Assembly: GCA_009703455.1 (NCBI GenBank) | Contig: WLGB01000001.1 | Span: 1 to 63,898, forward strand | Length of the DNA: 63,898 nucleotides | Reading direction: 5' to 3' | Source: Actinomycetota bacterium | GTDB taxonomy: Bacteria > Actinomycetota > Actinomycetes > Actinomycetales > Microbacteriaceae | Part shown: in pieces, positions 12,881 to 22,014 of the stretch | How positions within the stretch are numbered: the first letter of the stretch is position 1 | How the letters are laid out: each line of letters opens with the position of its first letter | The notes under the pieces: generated by a model | Told to the model about the DNA's origin: nothing | The model's input: the letters and a program-made list of their open reading frames with translations, nothing else | Databases searched by the model: none | Program-made: the position numbers and the translations under genes

Positions 12881-13801
12881 TTGAGAATAATTTTCGCAGG
12901 AACACCCGACAACGCCGCCAAGACACTTGAGTCACTGTTGGCAAGCGGGCTTGACGTGGTAGGGATTTTAACCCGTGAGGATGCTCGTATTGGTCGCTCA
13001 AGAGTTCTGACGGAGTCCCCGGTTGCTTCTGTCGGATCTAAGCACGGAATTGAAGTTCGAAAGTCCAATTCGATTTCTGTTGCAGTTGTTGAATGGATGC
13101 GCGGTCTTGAGGCCCAACTCGGAATTGTTGTTGCCTACGGGGCAATTTTCGGCCCGGATGTTTTGGAAACCCCAGAACTTGGTTGGATTAACGTTCACTA
13201 TTCATTGCTTCCCGAGTATCCAGGCGCGGCTCCAGTTCAATACGCACTTTTAGACGGAAAGGAAGCAACGGGTGTGACTATTTTTAGATTGGACGAAGGA
13301 GTAGACACAGGCCCCATTCTTGCGAGCAAACTGCTTGAGATTGGAGAGAGCATGAATGCCAGCTCTCTTCTCCTAGCCTTGACCTCCGTCGGCTCTAACC
13401 TGCTTTTGGAGACGTTGCACAATTTCGATCAGCGACTGGATAATCAAATCGTTCAAGAGCGGTCACCCCTGATTCGGGTTGCAAAAAAGTTGAGCCGAAA
13501 AGATGCAAAGCTTGATTTCGGGAAGTCAGCGCGAGTTGTTCACAATATGGTACGAGCCATGAACCCTGAACCAGTTGCTTGGTTTGAGACAAACGAAATG
13601 TCCGTAAGGGTTTTAGAAACTCGGGTATCGAACGTGACGGGTATTCCCGAGGGTGAAGCCGTATTGAATAGCGGTGAGCTATTAGTTGGTTGCTCAGATG
13701 TGGCCCTTGTTCTATTACTTGTTCAGCCTGCGGGCAAGGCCGTGATGGCTGGCGCTGACTGGTTTCGGGGTTTGAGGCAACAGAAGCTGTTGCTTTCGTG
13801 A
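12881..13801 (+). CDS. fmt: Methionyl-tRNA formyltransferase
   Basis: IIFAGTP, NVHYSLLPxYPGAAP, DEGVDTGP. TTG start with a GGAG SD. Confidence 0.96.
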   Translation: MRIIFAGTPDNAAKTLESLLASGLDVVGILTREDARIGRSRVLTESPVASVGSKHGIEVRKSNSISVAVVEWMRGLEAQLGIVVAYGAIFGPDVLETPELGWINVHYSLLPEYPGAAPVQYALLDGKEATGVTIFRLDEGVDTGPILASKLLEIGESMNASSLLLALTSVGSNLLLETLHNFDQRLDNQIVQERSPLIRVAKKLSRKDAKLDFGKSARVVHNMVRAMNPEPVAWFETNEMSVRVLETRVSNVTGIPEGEAVLNSGELLVGCSDVALVLLLVQPAGKAVMAGADWFRGLRQQKLLLS

Positions 13802-15144
13802 CGAGAGAGATCGCGTTCGAGCTTCTGAGTCGAGTGGAAAATGACGATGCCTACGCGAATCTTCTTTTACCCACTTTACTCAGACGCGCAAATCTCGATG
13901 GTAGGGATGCGGGCTTCGTCCAGGAATTAGCTTTCGGAACAATCCGAAATCGTTCGCTTTACGAGAGCATTATTGAAAAAGCTTCAGGCAGGCAGCTATT
14001 AGACATAGAGCCAGCAGCACAACTGGTTTTACTTCTGGGTGTTCACCAGCTTCTTGAGATGCGTGTGCCCACCCACGCTGCTATAAACGAGACAGTGAAT
14101 CTTGCCAAAGCCAAGGCCAATAAGGGTTCCGTCGGATTCGTAAATGCAGTTCTACGTAAAGTCGCCTCGAAGGATAAAGACGATTGGATAGATGCAGTCA
14201 CATCAAAACTACCCGTGCTAGAAGCGCTATCTCTGCAGTATTCGCATCCAATGTGGATAGTACAGGCCTTCAAGTCAGCCCTTAGTTCCAGGCAGATGCA
14301 AGCAGGACTTGAGGCCCTGCTGGCAAGCGACAATAGGCCAGCTAAAGTATCTCTGGTTGCACTGCCTGGGCTATCCGAGCCTCAGGATCTGGCGGACGCA
14401 GATTCCTTAGGTCCAGCTTCCCCAATCGGCGTTGAAATCAGCGGGAATCCTTCAAGCATTGAGGCCGTGCGAGAAGGTAGGGCGAGAGTTCAGGATCAAG
14501 GATCACAGCTGATGGTGCTTGCTTTGCTCGCTGCCAAGACAGGCTGTCCAGACAACAAGTGGTTGGACATTTGTGCTGGTCCAGGCGGTAAAGCAGCTGT
14601 AATGGCTGCTGTCGCCAAACAGAGAGACGTTGAGTTGATTTGCAACGAGGTTCTACCTCACAGAACTGAGCTAGTGGCAAAAGCTCTTGATCCGATTGGA
14701 AAGTTCGAGCTCACAACGTTAGACGGTCGCGACCTAGGAGACCTTCCAGAGAAGTTTTCACGAGTTCTTCTTGATGCACCATGCACTGGCCTGGGAGCCC
14801 TTCGCAGACGGCCAGAGGCGAGGTGGCGTCGGAACAGCGAAGACCTTGTCGACCTAGTAAAACTGCAGAGACAGCTATTTGAGAGCGCATGGGGCACACT
14901 CAATCCCGGGGGAGTCCTTGCTTATGTAACGTGTTCCCCACACCTTTCAGAAACCACTGCTCAGGTGGCTTGGGCCGAAGCGAAATACAAAGGTGAGCTA
15001 GAGCTGATCAACGCCAATGAAATCCTGAACGAGATAAATCCCAACCTAAGACTTGATGCCAGCCTGAGGACTTGCCAGCTTTGGCCACACGTTCAGGGAA
15101 CCGATGCAATGTTTCTAGCGATGTTTCGCAAATCGCTAAACTAG
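13798..15144 (+). CDS. rsmB: 16S rRNA m5C967 methyltransferase RsmB/Sun with NusB-like N-terminus
   Basis: VQDQGSQ, DICAGPGGK, LDAPCTGLG, YVTCS. Confidence 0.93.
   Translation: MTREIAFELLSRVENDDAYANLLLPTLLRRANLDGRDAGFVQELAFGTIRNRSLYESIIEKASGRQLLDIEPAAQLVLLLGVHQLLEMRVPTHAAINETVNLAKAKANKGSVGFVNAVLRKVASKDKDDWIDAVTSKLPVLEALSLQYSHPMWIVQAFKSALSSRQMQAGLEALLASDNRPAKVSLVALPGLSEPQDLADADSLGPASPIGVEISGNPSSIEAVREGRARVQDQGSQLMVLALLAAKTGCPDNKWLDICAGPGGKAAVMAAVAKQRDVELICNEVLPHRTELVAKALDPIGKFELTTLDGRDLGDLPEKFSRVLLDAPCTGLGALRRRPEARWRRNSEDLVDLVKLQRQLFESAWGTLNPGGVLAYVTCSPHLSETTAQVAWAEAKYKGELELINANEILNEINPNLRLDASLRTCQLWPHVQGTDAMFLAMFRKSLN
15137..15142 (+). promoter_or_regulatory. Putative -10 box (TAAACT) for leaderless rpe
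   Basis: TANNNT hexamer 6 nt upstream of ATG 15149; no SD. Confidence 0.5.
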
Positions 15145-15148
15145 ATAG

Positions 15149-15802
15149 ATGATGGTTCGAATTGCGCCCAGCATACTCAGTGCGGATTTCGCTAACCTCG
15201 AATCCGAGTTGAAATCCATCAGCAGTGCTGACTTGATTCACGTCGATGTTATGGACGGTCATTTCGTTCCCAATCTGACAATTGGTTTACCTGTTGTGCG
15301 TCGAATTTCAGAGGTGACACGGGTGCCTCTCGATATCCACCTAATGATTGATCAACCAGAACTTTGGGCTTCAAAGTATGGCGAGTTTTGTGAATCGGTG
15401 ACCTTCCACTACGAAGCGGCCTCGTCCCCTGAAGTCTTGATAACTCAGATCAGGGAAGCTGGCGCTAAGCCAGCCATGGCTATAAAACCTAGTACAAGCT
15501 TCGCCGAAGTTGAAGACCTCTTGCCGCTTCTGGACATGCTTTTGGTGATGACTGTTGAACCAGGTTTTGGAGGCCAGAGCCTAATTGAAAGCACTATTTC
15601 TAAAGTAAGTAGCGCACGTGCTTATGCCACCAAGAATGAGCTGGAACTGTCAATCCAGGTTGACGGCGGCATTACCATCGAGAATATCGGCTTGCTGGCA
15701 AAAGCCGGGGCGGATACTTTCGTAGCGGGGACCGCGGTGTTTTCAGAGACAAATAGGAATAGCCAGATTGACCTACTTCGCCAGCGAGCAACGGTTGAAT
15801 AG
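15149..15802 (+). CDS. rpe: Ribulose-phosphate 3-epimerase
   Basis: IAPSILSADF, HVDVMDGHFVPN, MTVEPGFGGQ, VDGGI. Confidence 0.98.
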   Translation: MMVRIAPSILSADFANLESELKSISSADLIHVDVMDGHFVPNLTIGLPVVRRISEVTRVPLDIHLMIDQPELWASKYGEFCESVTFHYEAASSPEVLITQIREAGAKPAMAIKPSTSFAEVEDLLPLLDMLLVMTVEPGFGGQSLIESTISKVSSARAYATKNELELSIQVDGGITIENIGLLAKAGADTFVAGTAVFSETNRNSQIDLLRQRATVE

Positions 15803-15860
15803 AGCATGGCTACTTTTAGAGGACGCTGTCCCGAAGTTTCCAAGAAATACATTCGAGTTG

Positions 15861-15884
15861 ACTTTAGAGAACGGGCTCTAAAGT
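15861..15884 (+). promoter_or_regulatory. Perfect 9-bp inverted repeat overlapping the trpE start codon
   Basis: ACTTTAGAG (15861-15869), loop AACGGG, CTCTAAAGT (15876-15884). The trpE GTG is at 15883-15885. Confidence 0.5.
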
Positions 15885-17397
15885 GATCACGCTTGACCAG
15901 GCCAAGGAACTAGCGAAAAGCCATCAAGTAATTCCAGTGGTTCAGTCAATGTTTTCTGGGACCGAAACACCGCTATCAATCTTTGAGAAACTCGCGATGC
16001 TAGTGCCAGGCAGCTTTCTTTTAGAGTCTGCCGAGCAAGGTGTATGGTCTCGGTATAGCTTCATCGGGGTTTCGAACTTGGGCTTTTTGATATCAACTGA
16101 CTCTGGACTCAGTTGGAAGAACTCCTCCGATAAACATCCGTCGCCTTTGGGAGAAACGGAGCTTTCTGGTCTTTCTGGCTTCGATGCCTTGGAGCTACTT
16201 CAGCGCAAGTGGAAGGCGGCCCCTGTAGAGGACCTACCTCCGCTGGTGTCTGGAATGGTAGGACTAATGGGATGGGATTCCATTCATCAAATCGAGAATC
16301 TTCCCGAAGCAAAGAAGAAAGAGTTCCCGATTCCTGATCTGGCCATGGCCGTAATCCGTGACATGGTTGTGGTGGACCACCTGGACTCCTCTCTAAAGCT
16401 CGTATCGAACATGTACATTCAAGAGATATCAGACATTGCAGCTGAGTACGAGGCAGCTCTTGCGCGCATCCAATCCATGAAGAAGGGATTGCTTGGCACA
16501 GTTGAAACGTTTCTGGCCCAAGTTGACCTAAACGCCGACCCCAAGTTTTCAAGACGAACTAGCGACCAGGAGTTTGAGCAATCTGTTTTAGAGGCCCAGA
16601 AGCATGTCGTGGCTGGCGATGTCTTTCAAGTGGTTATCTCGCAGCGTTTTGACATGGCAACCTCCGCCTCGCCTCTTGATGTGTATCGGATGCTGCGAGC
16701 AATTAACCCAAGCCCCTACATGTACCTGTTGAATTTTTTTGATGAGCACGGTGACTTTGCGGTGGTTGGATCCTCACCCGAGGCGCTGGTCCGAATAAAC
16801 GCCGGTGAAGCCGTGCTGCACCCAATCGCCGGTTCAAGGCCGAGGGGAAAAACTGGTGATGCCGACCTAGCCCTTGCTACTGAACTTAGCTCGGATGCCA
16901 AGGAGAAGGCGGAGCACCTTATGCTCGTGGACCTTGCCAGAAACGATCTCTTAAAGGTTTGCGAGCCTTCCAGCGTTGCAGTAACAGAGTTCATGACAGT
17001 CGAACGATATAGCCACATCATGCATCTCGTCTCAACAGTTTCAGGAAAGGTTTTAACCGGTTCAAGTGCGGTAGATGTAGTCAGGGCAACTTTTCCGGCA
17101 GGAACGCTCTCGGGAGCGCCGAAACCCAGGGCACTTGAGATTATTGAGAATCTCGAACCGGCTAACCGGGGATTGTTTGGTGGCGTAGTTGGCTATTTCG
17201 ACTTTGCTGGAAACGCTGACCTTGCAATAGCAATTAGGACGGCTGTGATTCGCGACGGGCTAGCGCACGTTCAGGCTGGTGCCGGAATAGTTTTGGACAG
17301 TGATCCTAAGAGCGAGAACCAAGAAACTCTCAGTAAGGCTTCAGCCCCTCTTCGAGCTATACAGGCCGCCAATAGTATGACTAGATACAAAAATTGA
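15883..17397 (+). CDS. trpE: Anthranilate synthase component I
   Basis: FLLESAEQG, NPSPYMY, GSSPE, HPIAGSRPRG, EHLMLVDLARND, FPAGTLSGAPK. Confidence 0.97.
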   Translation: MITLDQAKELAKSHQVIPVVQSMFSGTETPLSIFEKLAMLVPGSFLLESAEQGVWSRYSFIGVSNLGFLISTDSGLSWKNSSDKHPSPLGETELSGLSGFDALELLQRKWKAAPVEDLPPLVSGMVGLMGWDSIHQIENLPEAKKKEFPIPDLAMAVIRDMVVVDHLDSSLKLVSNMYIQEISDIAAEYEAALARIQSMKKGLLGTVETFLAQVDLNADPKFSRRTSDQEFEQSVLEAQKHVVAGDVFQVVISQRFDMATSASPLDVYRMLRAINPSPYMYLLNFFDEHGDFAVVGSSPEALVRINAGEAVLHPIAGSRPRGKTGDADLALATELSSDAKEKAEHLMLVDLARNDLLKVCEPSSVAVTEFMTVERYSHIMHLVSTVSGKVLTGSSAVDVVRATFPAGTLSGAPKPRALEIIENLEPANRGLFGGVVGYFDFAGNADLAIAIRTAVIRDGLAHVQAGAGIVLDSDPKSENQETLSKASAPLRAIQAANSMTRYKN

Positions 17398-17924
17398 CCA
17401 GGCAAAGGCTAACCATGACCTGGGTTTTGACGATTTTTCTAATGTCCATCTTTGCTGGTCTTTCGTGGGCTGAAGTTGACCTGACGCTAGCTGCGGGAGG
17501 TCAAAACCTTGAAGTATCAGGATTCCAAGCCTTCCCGGTGGCTAGCGCTCTGATCCTTCTTCAAGCAGTTGCATTGCTTACCAATCTTTTTACCCCAGAG
17601 CTTTTTGGACGTCTGATTGCGGCGCTACTTATTCCCATTCAGCTCTGGCATCTAATAGCAGTGTCATCATCAGGCGCAATGGCTGTTCAGATTGCGGTAG
17701 AAACTAAAGTCGCCGAGATCACGGGAGTTGTTGGGAGCGCTGGCCAAATTGAGTTCATTCAGTCAACCATTACGACCTCTATGTGGGGGGTCTACATTTT
17801 TGCTTTGGCTATAAATCTATTGGTCCTCGTTGCTAGAAGCTCACTCAAGGCTTCGCCTAGAGTAAGAAATCCATCGGCACCTGAGGATCAAGACTCGGGT
17901 GATCTCTGGGAAAGTCAGCGCTAG
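17394..17924 (+). CDS. Trp biosynthesis-associated membrane protein
   Basis: About 4 hydrophobic segments and a C-terminal DLWxxQ. Lies between trpE and trpC, as is typical in Actinobacteria. Confidence 0.75.
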   Translation: MTRQRLTMTWVLTIFLMSIFAGLSWAEVDLTLAAGGQNLEVSGFQAFPVASALILLQAVALLTNLFTPELFGRLIAALLIPIQLWHLIAVSSSGAMAVQIAVETKVAEITGVVGSAGQIEFIQSTITTSMWGVYIFALAINLLVLVARSSLKASPRVRNPSAPEDQDSGDLWESQR

Positions 17925-17964
17925 GTTTAATTGATAAACTAGTGCCAACAGGAGGAGTTCAAAA

Positions 17965-18186
17965 ATGTCTGAACGTAACGTAGAGCCAGGACACGGCGAC
18001 TCCGTTGCTGCCTGGGCGACCGTCTCCATTATCATTTTGGCAGTTGCCCTTGGGACAATGTTTTTTTGGTTTGATGAACCAGTCCTAGTTGTGACCTCTG
18101 CGGGCCTAGCCTTAGTTGGCTTAGCTGTGGGTTTCTTCCTAAAAAAGGCGGGCTGTGGCGTCGGCGGATCCAGGTCAAAACAGTAA
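17965..18186 (+). CDS. Small two-helix membrane protein (HGxxPAAW-like family)
   Basis: GHGDSVAAW N-terminal motif, two TM helices, strong GGAGG SD, trp-operon position. Confidence 0.8.
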   Translation: MSERNVEPGHGDSVAAWATVSIIILAVALGTMFFWFDEPVLVVTSAGLALVGLAVGFFLKKAGCGVGGSRSKQ

Positions 18187-18966
18187 GTGCTTGACTCTCT
18201 ATATGCTGGCTCTCTGGCCGACTCGGATGGGCGACAGGTAAGCGTTTCCAGCTCGCAACTAGAGGCATTGGCTTTGGAATCAGCAGCTGCACTAGACGCA
18301 ATCTCATTTTTTAGCGACGTCAGTCACATAGGTGTAATCGCCGAAATAAAGCGGGCAAGCCCAACCAAAGGTGACCTGGCTATGATTGCGGATCCAGCAG
18401 GCCTAGGAATCTTGTATGAGCAGGCCGGTGCGTCCGCAATCAGCGTTCTTACCGAACAACGCTCGTTCAAAGGTTCGCTAGATGATCTCAAAGTGGTTCG
18501 TGCAGCTTGCAAGGTCCCTGTACTTCGCAAGGACTTTATTTGCAATGAGTACCAAATTCTTGAGGCAAGAGCGCACGGAGCCGACATCGTTCTTCTCATA
18601 GCGGCTGGTCTGGAAGACAATGTTCTTATTCGACTGAAAGCCTTTACAGAATCTCTCGGAATGACAGCGTTTCTCGAAACGCATAACCGAGCTGAAGTCG
18701 AGTTCGCGGCCGCCATCGGGGCGAGGCTTGTCGGGATAAACGCGCGTGATTTGAAGACTTTTGAGACAGATCGAGCACTATTTGCTTCGCTGGTGGGGTA
18801 CTTACCCAAATCAACAATAAAGGTGGCGGAATCGGCCGTGCGAAATTCTCAAGATGTGATGGACTACGCGGCCGCCGGGGCAGACTGTGTCCTAGTCGGG
18901 GAAGCGCTCGTAACTGGTAATCCGATGGAGCTGATTTCGTCCTTTACTCAAATTCCCAAGGTCTAG
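18187..18966 (+). CDS. trpC: Indole-3-glycerol phosphate synthase
   Basis: IAEIKRASPTKG, ISVLTE, LRKDF, GINARDL. Confidence 0.97.
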   Translation: MLDSLYAGSLADSDGRQVSVSSSQLEALALESAAALDAISFFSDVSHIGVIAEIKRASPTKGDLAMIADPAGLGILYEQAGASAISVLTEQRSFKGSLDDLKVVRAACKVPVLRKDFICNEYQILEARAHGADIVLLIAAGLEDNVLIRLKAFTESLGMTAFLETHNRAEVEFAAAIGARLVGINARDLKTFETDRALFASLVGYLPKSTIKVAESAVRNSQDVMDYAAAGADCVLVGEALVTGNPMELISSFTQIPKV

Positions 18967-18969
18967 ACT
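18964..18969 (+). promoter_or_regulatory. Putative -10 box (TAGACT) for leaderless trpB (internal promoter)
   Basis: Hexamer 6 nt upstream of ATG 18976; no SD. Confidence 0.5.
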
Positions 18970-18975
18970 CTATAA

Positions 18976-20172
18976 ATGGTGCAGAAACTAACCGAGCAAG
19001 TCGGCCCGTATTTTGGTGAATTTGGTGGCAGGTTCGTCCCCGAATCGCTGATTGCCGCTCTCGATGAACTTGATGAAACTTACCAGCACGCAAAAAATGA
19101 CCCCGAGTTCATTGCCGAGCTGGCCCACCTGCACAAGACATATACCGGCAGGCCTTCGATAATCACCGAAGCTCCGAAATTTGCAGCGTCGATTGGTGAC
19201 ATCCGTGTTTTCCTAAAGCGCGAGGATCTCAATCACACCGGGTCGCACAAGATCAATAACGTCTTAGGACAAGCCCTTCTTGCCAAGCGCATGGGAAAAT
19301 CACGAATCATCGCTGAAACTGGTGCGGGACAACACGGCGTCGCTAGTGCAACAGCCGCTGCACTTCTTGGCCTCGAGTGCGTTGTCTACATGGGCGCAGT
19401 TGACACCGTCAGGCAGGCACTGAACGTAGCTCGCATGAGGCTTCTGGGTGCAGAAGTGATTCCGGTGACCACTGGCTCCCGCACATTGAAAGACGCCATC
19501 AACGAAGCTCTTCGGGACTGGGTCGCAAACGTAGAAAATACACACTACTTACTTGGTACCGTAGCTGGGCCTCACCCATTTCCAACAATGGTTCGTGACT
19601 TTCACTCGGTGATTGGCATCGAGGCAAGGCAGCAAATGCTTGACCAATTTGGTTCGCTTCCTGATGTTGTTGCAGCCTGCGTCGGGGGTGGCTCAAACGC
19701 AATCGGAATTTTCCACGCGTTCCTCGATGACGAAAGTGTCAGATTAGTTGGCATGGAGGCAGCCGGCGATGGTGTCGACACACTTAGGCATGCGGCTACT
19801 TTGAGTATGGGAAGACCTGGAGTCCTGCACGGAGCCAAGAGCTATCTTTTGCAGGATGAGGACGGCCAGACCCTCGAGTCTCATTCAATTTCTGCTGGAC
19901 TTGATTATCCCGGAGTCGGCCCTGAGCATGCCTGGTTAAAAGACATTGGCCGTGCTGAATATATTCCTGTGACCGATACGGAGGCGATGGAGGCTCTCAA
20001 ACTTCTGTCAAGAAACGAGGGCATTATTCCCGCCATCGAGACGGCACATGCACTTGCGGGAATTGAAAAACTCATGCCAACTCTTAGGCCAGGCAGTAAA
20101 ATTCTGGTCAACCTTAGCGGTAGGGGAGATAAGGACATGGAAACTGCCGCGAAGTATTTCGGGTTGATCTAA
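18976..20172 (+). CDS. trpB: Tryptophan synthase beta chain
   Basis: [41 protein letters not shown]. Confidence 0.99.
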   Translation: MVQKLTEQVGPYFGEFGGRFVPESLIAALDELDETYQHAKNDPEFIAELAHLHKTYTGRPSIITEAPKFAASIGDIRVFLKREDLNHTGSHKINNVLGQALLAKRMGKSRIIAETGAGQHGVASATAAALLGLECVVYMGAVDTVRQALNVARMRLLGAEVIPVTTGSRTLKDAINEALRDWVANVENTHYLLGTVAGPHPFPTMVRDFHSVIGIEARQQMLDQFGSLPDVVAACVGGGSNAIGIFHAFLDDESVRLVGMEAAGDGVDTLRHAATLSMGRPGVLHGAKSYLLQDEDGQTLESHSISAGLDYPGVGPEHAWLKDIGRAEYIPVTDTEAMEALKLLSRNEGIIPAIETAHALAGIEKLMPTLRPGSKILVNLSGRGDKDMETAAKYFGLI

Positions 20173-20954
20173 TGAGCCGCACAGAGGACGTCTTGAGGCG
20201 AAACAAGGGCAACGGTGGTTCGCTCATCGGGTATTTCCCACTGGGCTACCCTTCCCTTAAGGAATCAATCGACGCGGCGGTTGTCATGTGTGAGTCGGGA
20301 GTTGATGTTCTGGAGCTTGGAATTCCGTACAGCGATCCAGTAATGGATGGAATAGTAATTCAGCAGGCAACTGAACAAGCACTGGCTAACGGCTTTCGGT
20401 TAAGGCACACTTTCGATGCCATTAGAGAGGTCACTTCCCGAGTAAGTGCGCCAGTACTGGTTATGACCTACTGGAACCCTGTGATGCAATACGGGCAAGA
20501 GAAATTCGCCTCCGAACTTGCGGCCGTTGGTGCTTCAGGTGCAATAACTCCTGATCTGATACCGGACGAGGCTTCCGGGTGGATTGGAGCCACAAACAAC
20601 CACGGTCTGGATCGAGTTTTCCTTGCGACCCCAACGAGCTCGCCAGCTCGAACTGAGAGCGCATGCGCAAATTCAGTCGGGTTCGTGTATGCAGTATCAA
20701 CCATGGGCATAACTGGAGCCAGGGAAGATTTAGATCAGAAGGCAAAGCAAGTTGTAGCTGAGGTTAGAACTCAGTCGTCGGATTCAATGACTGCTGTGGG
20801 CATAGGAGTCTCCACAGCAGCACAGGTTCGAGACATAAACAGCTACGCTGATGGTGCAATTGTCGGCTCGGCCTTCGTCAAGGCTTACCAGCAGGGCGGT
20901 CTTGATGGCCTCAGAAGAAAAGTTTCAGAGCTAGCGAAAGGCAAGTCAAAGTGA
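20172..20954 (+). CDS. trpA: Tryptophan synthase alpha chain
   Basis: ELGIPYSDPVMDG, MTYWNP, GITGAR, DGAIVGSA. Confidence 0.98.
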   Translation: MSRTEDVLRRNKGNGGSLIGYFPLGYPSLKESIDAAVVMCESGVDVLELGIPYSDPVMDGIVIQQATEQALANGFRLRHTFDAIREVTSRVSAPVLVMTYWNPVMQYGQEKFASELAAVGASGAITPDLIPDEASGWIGATNNHGLDRVFLATPTSSPARTESACANSVGFVYAVSTMGITGAREDLDQKAKQVVAEVRTQSSDSMTAVGIGVSTAAQVRDINSYADGAIVGSAFVKAYQQGGLDGLRRKVSELAKGKSK

Positions 20955-21907
20955 GCGTACTAAGAATTTTTTCCTCAATCCCCTCTCCTGACATTAGCTA
21001 CATAGAACTTGGACCACTCCGGATTCACTTCTATGCACTGTTTATCCTGACTGGAATAGTCTTTGCTTTACTTCTTACTGAATCCAGACTTCGTGCTCGA
21101 GGTGGAGAGGCAGGAATTGCCCTGGACATATCTTTGTGGGCCATTCCATTCGGAATTGTAGGCGGTCGATTCTTCCATGTGATTACGCATCCAAACGATT
21201 ACTTTCTCTCCGGTGCCGACCTACTCGCAGTTTTCAGAATCTGGGAGGGTGGTTTAGCGATCTATGGTGCTCTTGCATTCGGAGCCCTTGGTGCTTTTAT
21301 CGGGGCAAGGCAGGCAGGAATTAGGTTTACTTCATACCTTGACGCAGTTGCGCCTGGAGTGCTGTTGGCCCAAGCCATTGGTCGATGGGGAAACTATTTC
21401 AACAACGAACTTTTTGGAACTCCGACTGATCTTTCTTGGGGACTTCAAATTCCTAGTAGCAACCCCGCTTACCCGGCCGGCCTTCCAGAGGGAGTGCTTT
21501 TTCACCCGACATTTCTATATGAATCAATTTGGTCGCTAGCTGGTGTTGCTTTGCTACTTGCCGCTGACGGCAAGTTCAAACTGCGTTGGGGAAAGATGTT
21601 TGGCCTTTACTTCGTTTATTACTCGCTAGGACGAATCTGGGTCGAAGCCATCCGGATAGACCCAAGCGAGGTTCTGCTTGGACTTCGAATAAACATCTGG
21701 TCCGCACTTGCAGGAATAGCTGTAGGAGTGTTGATAATGGTGGTTCAGTCCAGACGACACCCTGGCATTGAGACCTCTGTGTATCGGGCTGGTCGAGAGC
21801 CAGCGATTTCCGAGAATACTTCTATTCCCGAATCACTTTCGCTAGAAGACAAAAACAACCCTGACGATGCCACTGACGCTGAGGGTAAGGTAGTATCAAA
21901 GAAGTAG
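20951..21907 (+). CDS. lgt: Prolipoprotein diacylglyceryl transferase
   Basis: IWEGGLAIYG, QAIGRWGNYFNxELFG, HPTFLYES. Confidence 0.97.
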   Translation: MSVLRIFSSIPSPDISYIELGPLRIHFYALFILTGIVFALLLTESRLRARGGEAGIALDISLWAIPFGIVGGRFFHVITHPNDYFLSGADLLAVFRIWEGGLAIYGALAFGALGAFIGARQAGIRFTSYLDAVAPGVLLAQAIGRWGNYFNNELFGTPTDLSWGLQIPSSNPAYPAGLPEGVLFHPTFLYESIWSLAGVALLLAADGKFKLRWGKMFGLYFVYYSLGRIWVEAIRIDPSEVLLGLRINIWSALAGIAVGVLIMVVQSRRHPGIETSVYRAGREPAISENTSIPESLSLEDKNNPDDATDAEGKVVSKK

Positions 21908-21915
21908 CCTCACAA

Positions 21916-22014
21916 GGCCCCCATCGGCATCAAAAGTGCCTGGTTCCAGTTCCGTCTCAGTAACTGTTGTTCGGGCCAGCGTTGTCCCATCAAATTTTTT
22001 GATTGGAGTGATGC
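21916..22014 (+). promoter_or_regulatory. Candidate structured 5' leader of gltB
   Basis: Nested complementary segments GGCCC/GGGCC, GGCAT/GTGCC and CAGTT/AACTG, plus a hairpin covering part of the GGAG SD. Confidence 0.4.

Noticed and set aside
15803-15886. Classical Trp attenuator upstream of trpE
   Set aside because: The small ORF has no Trp codons and the hairpin has no U-tract.
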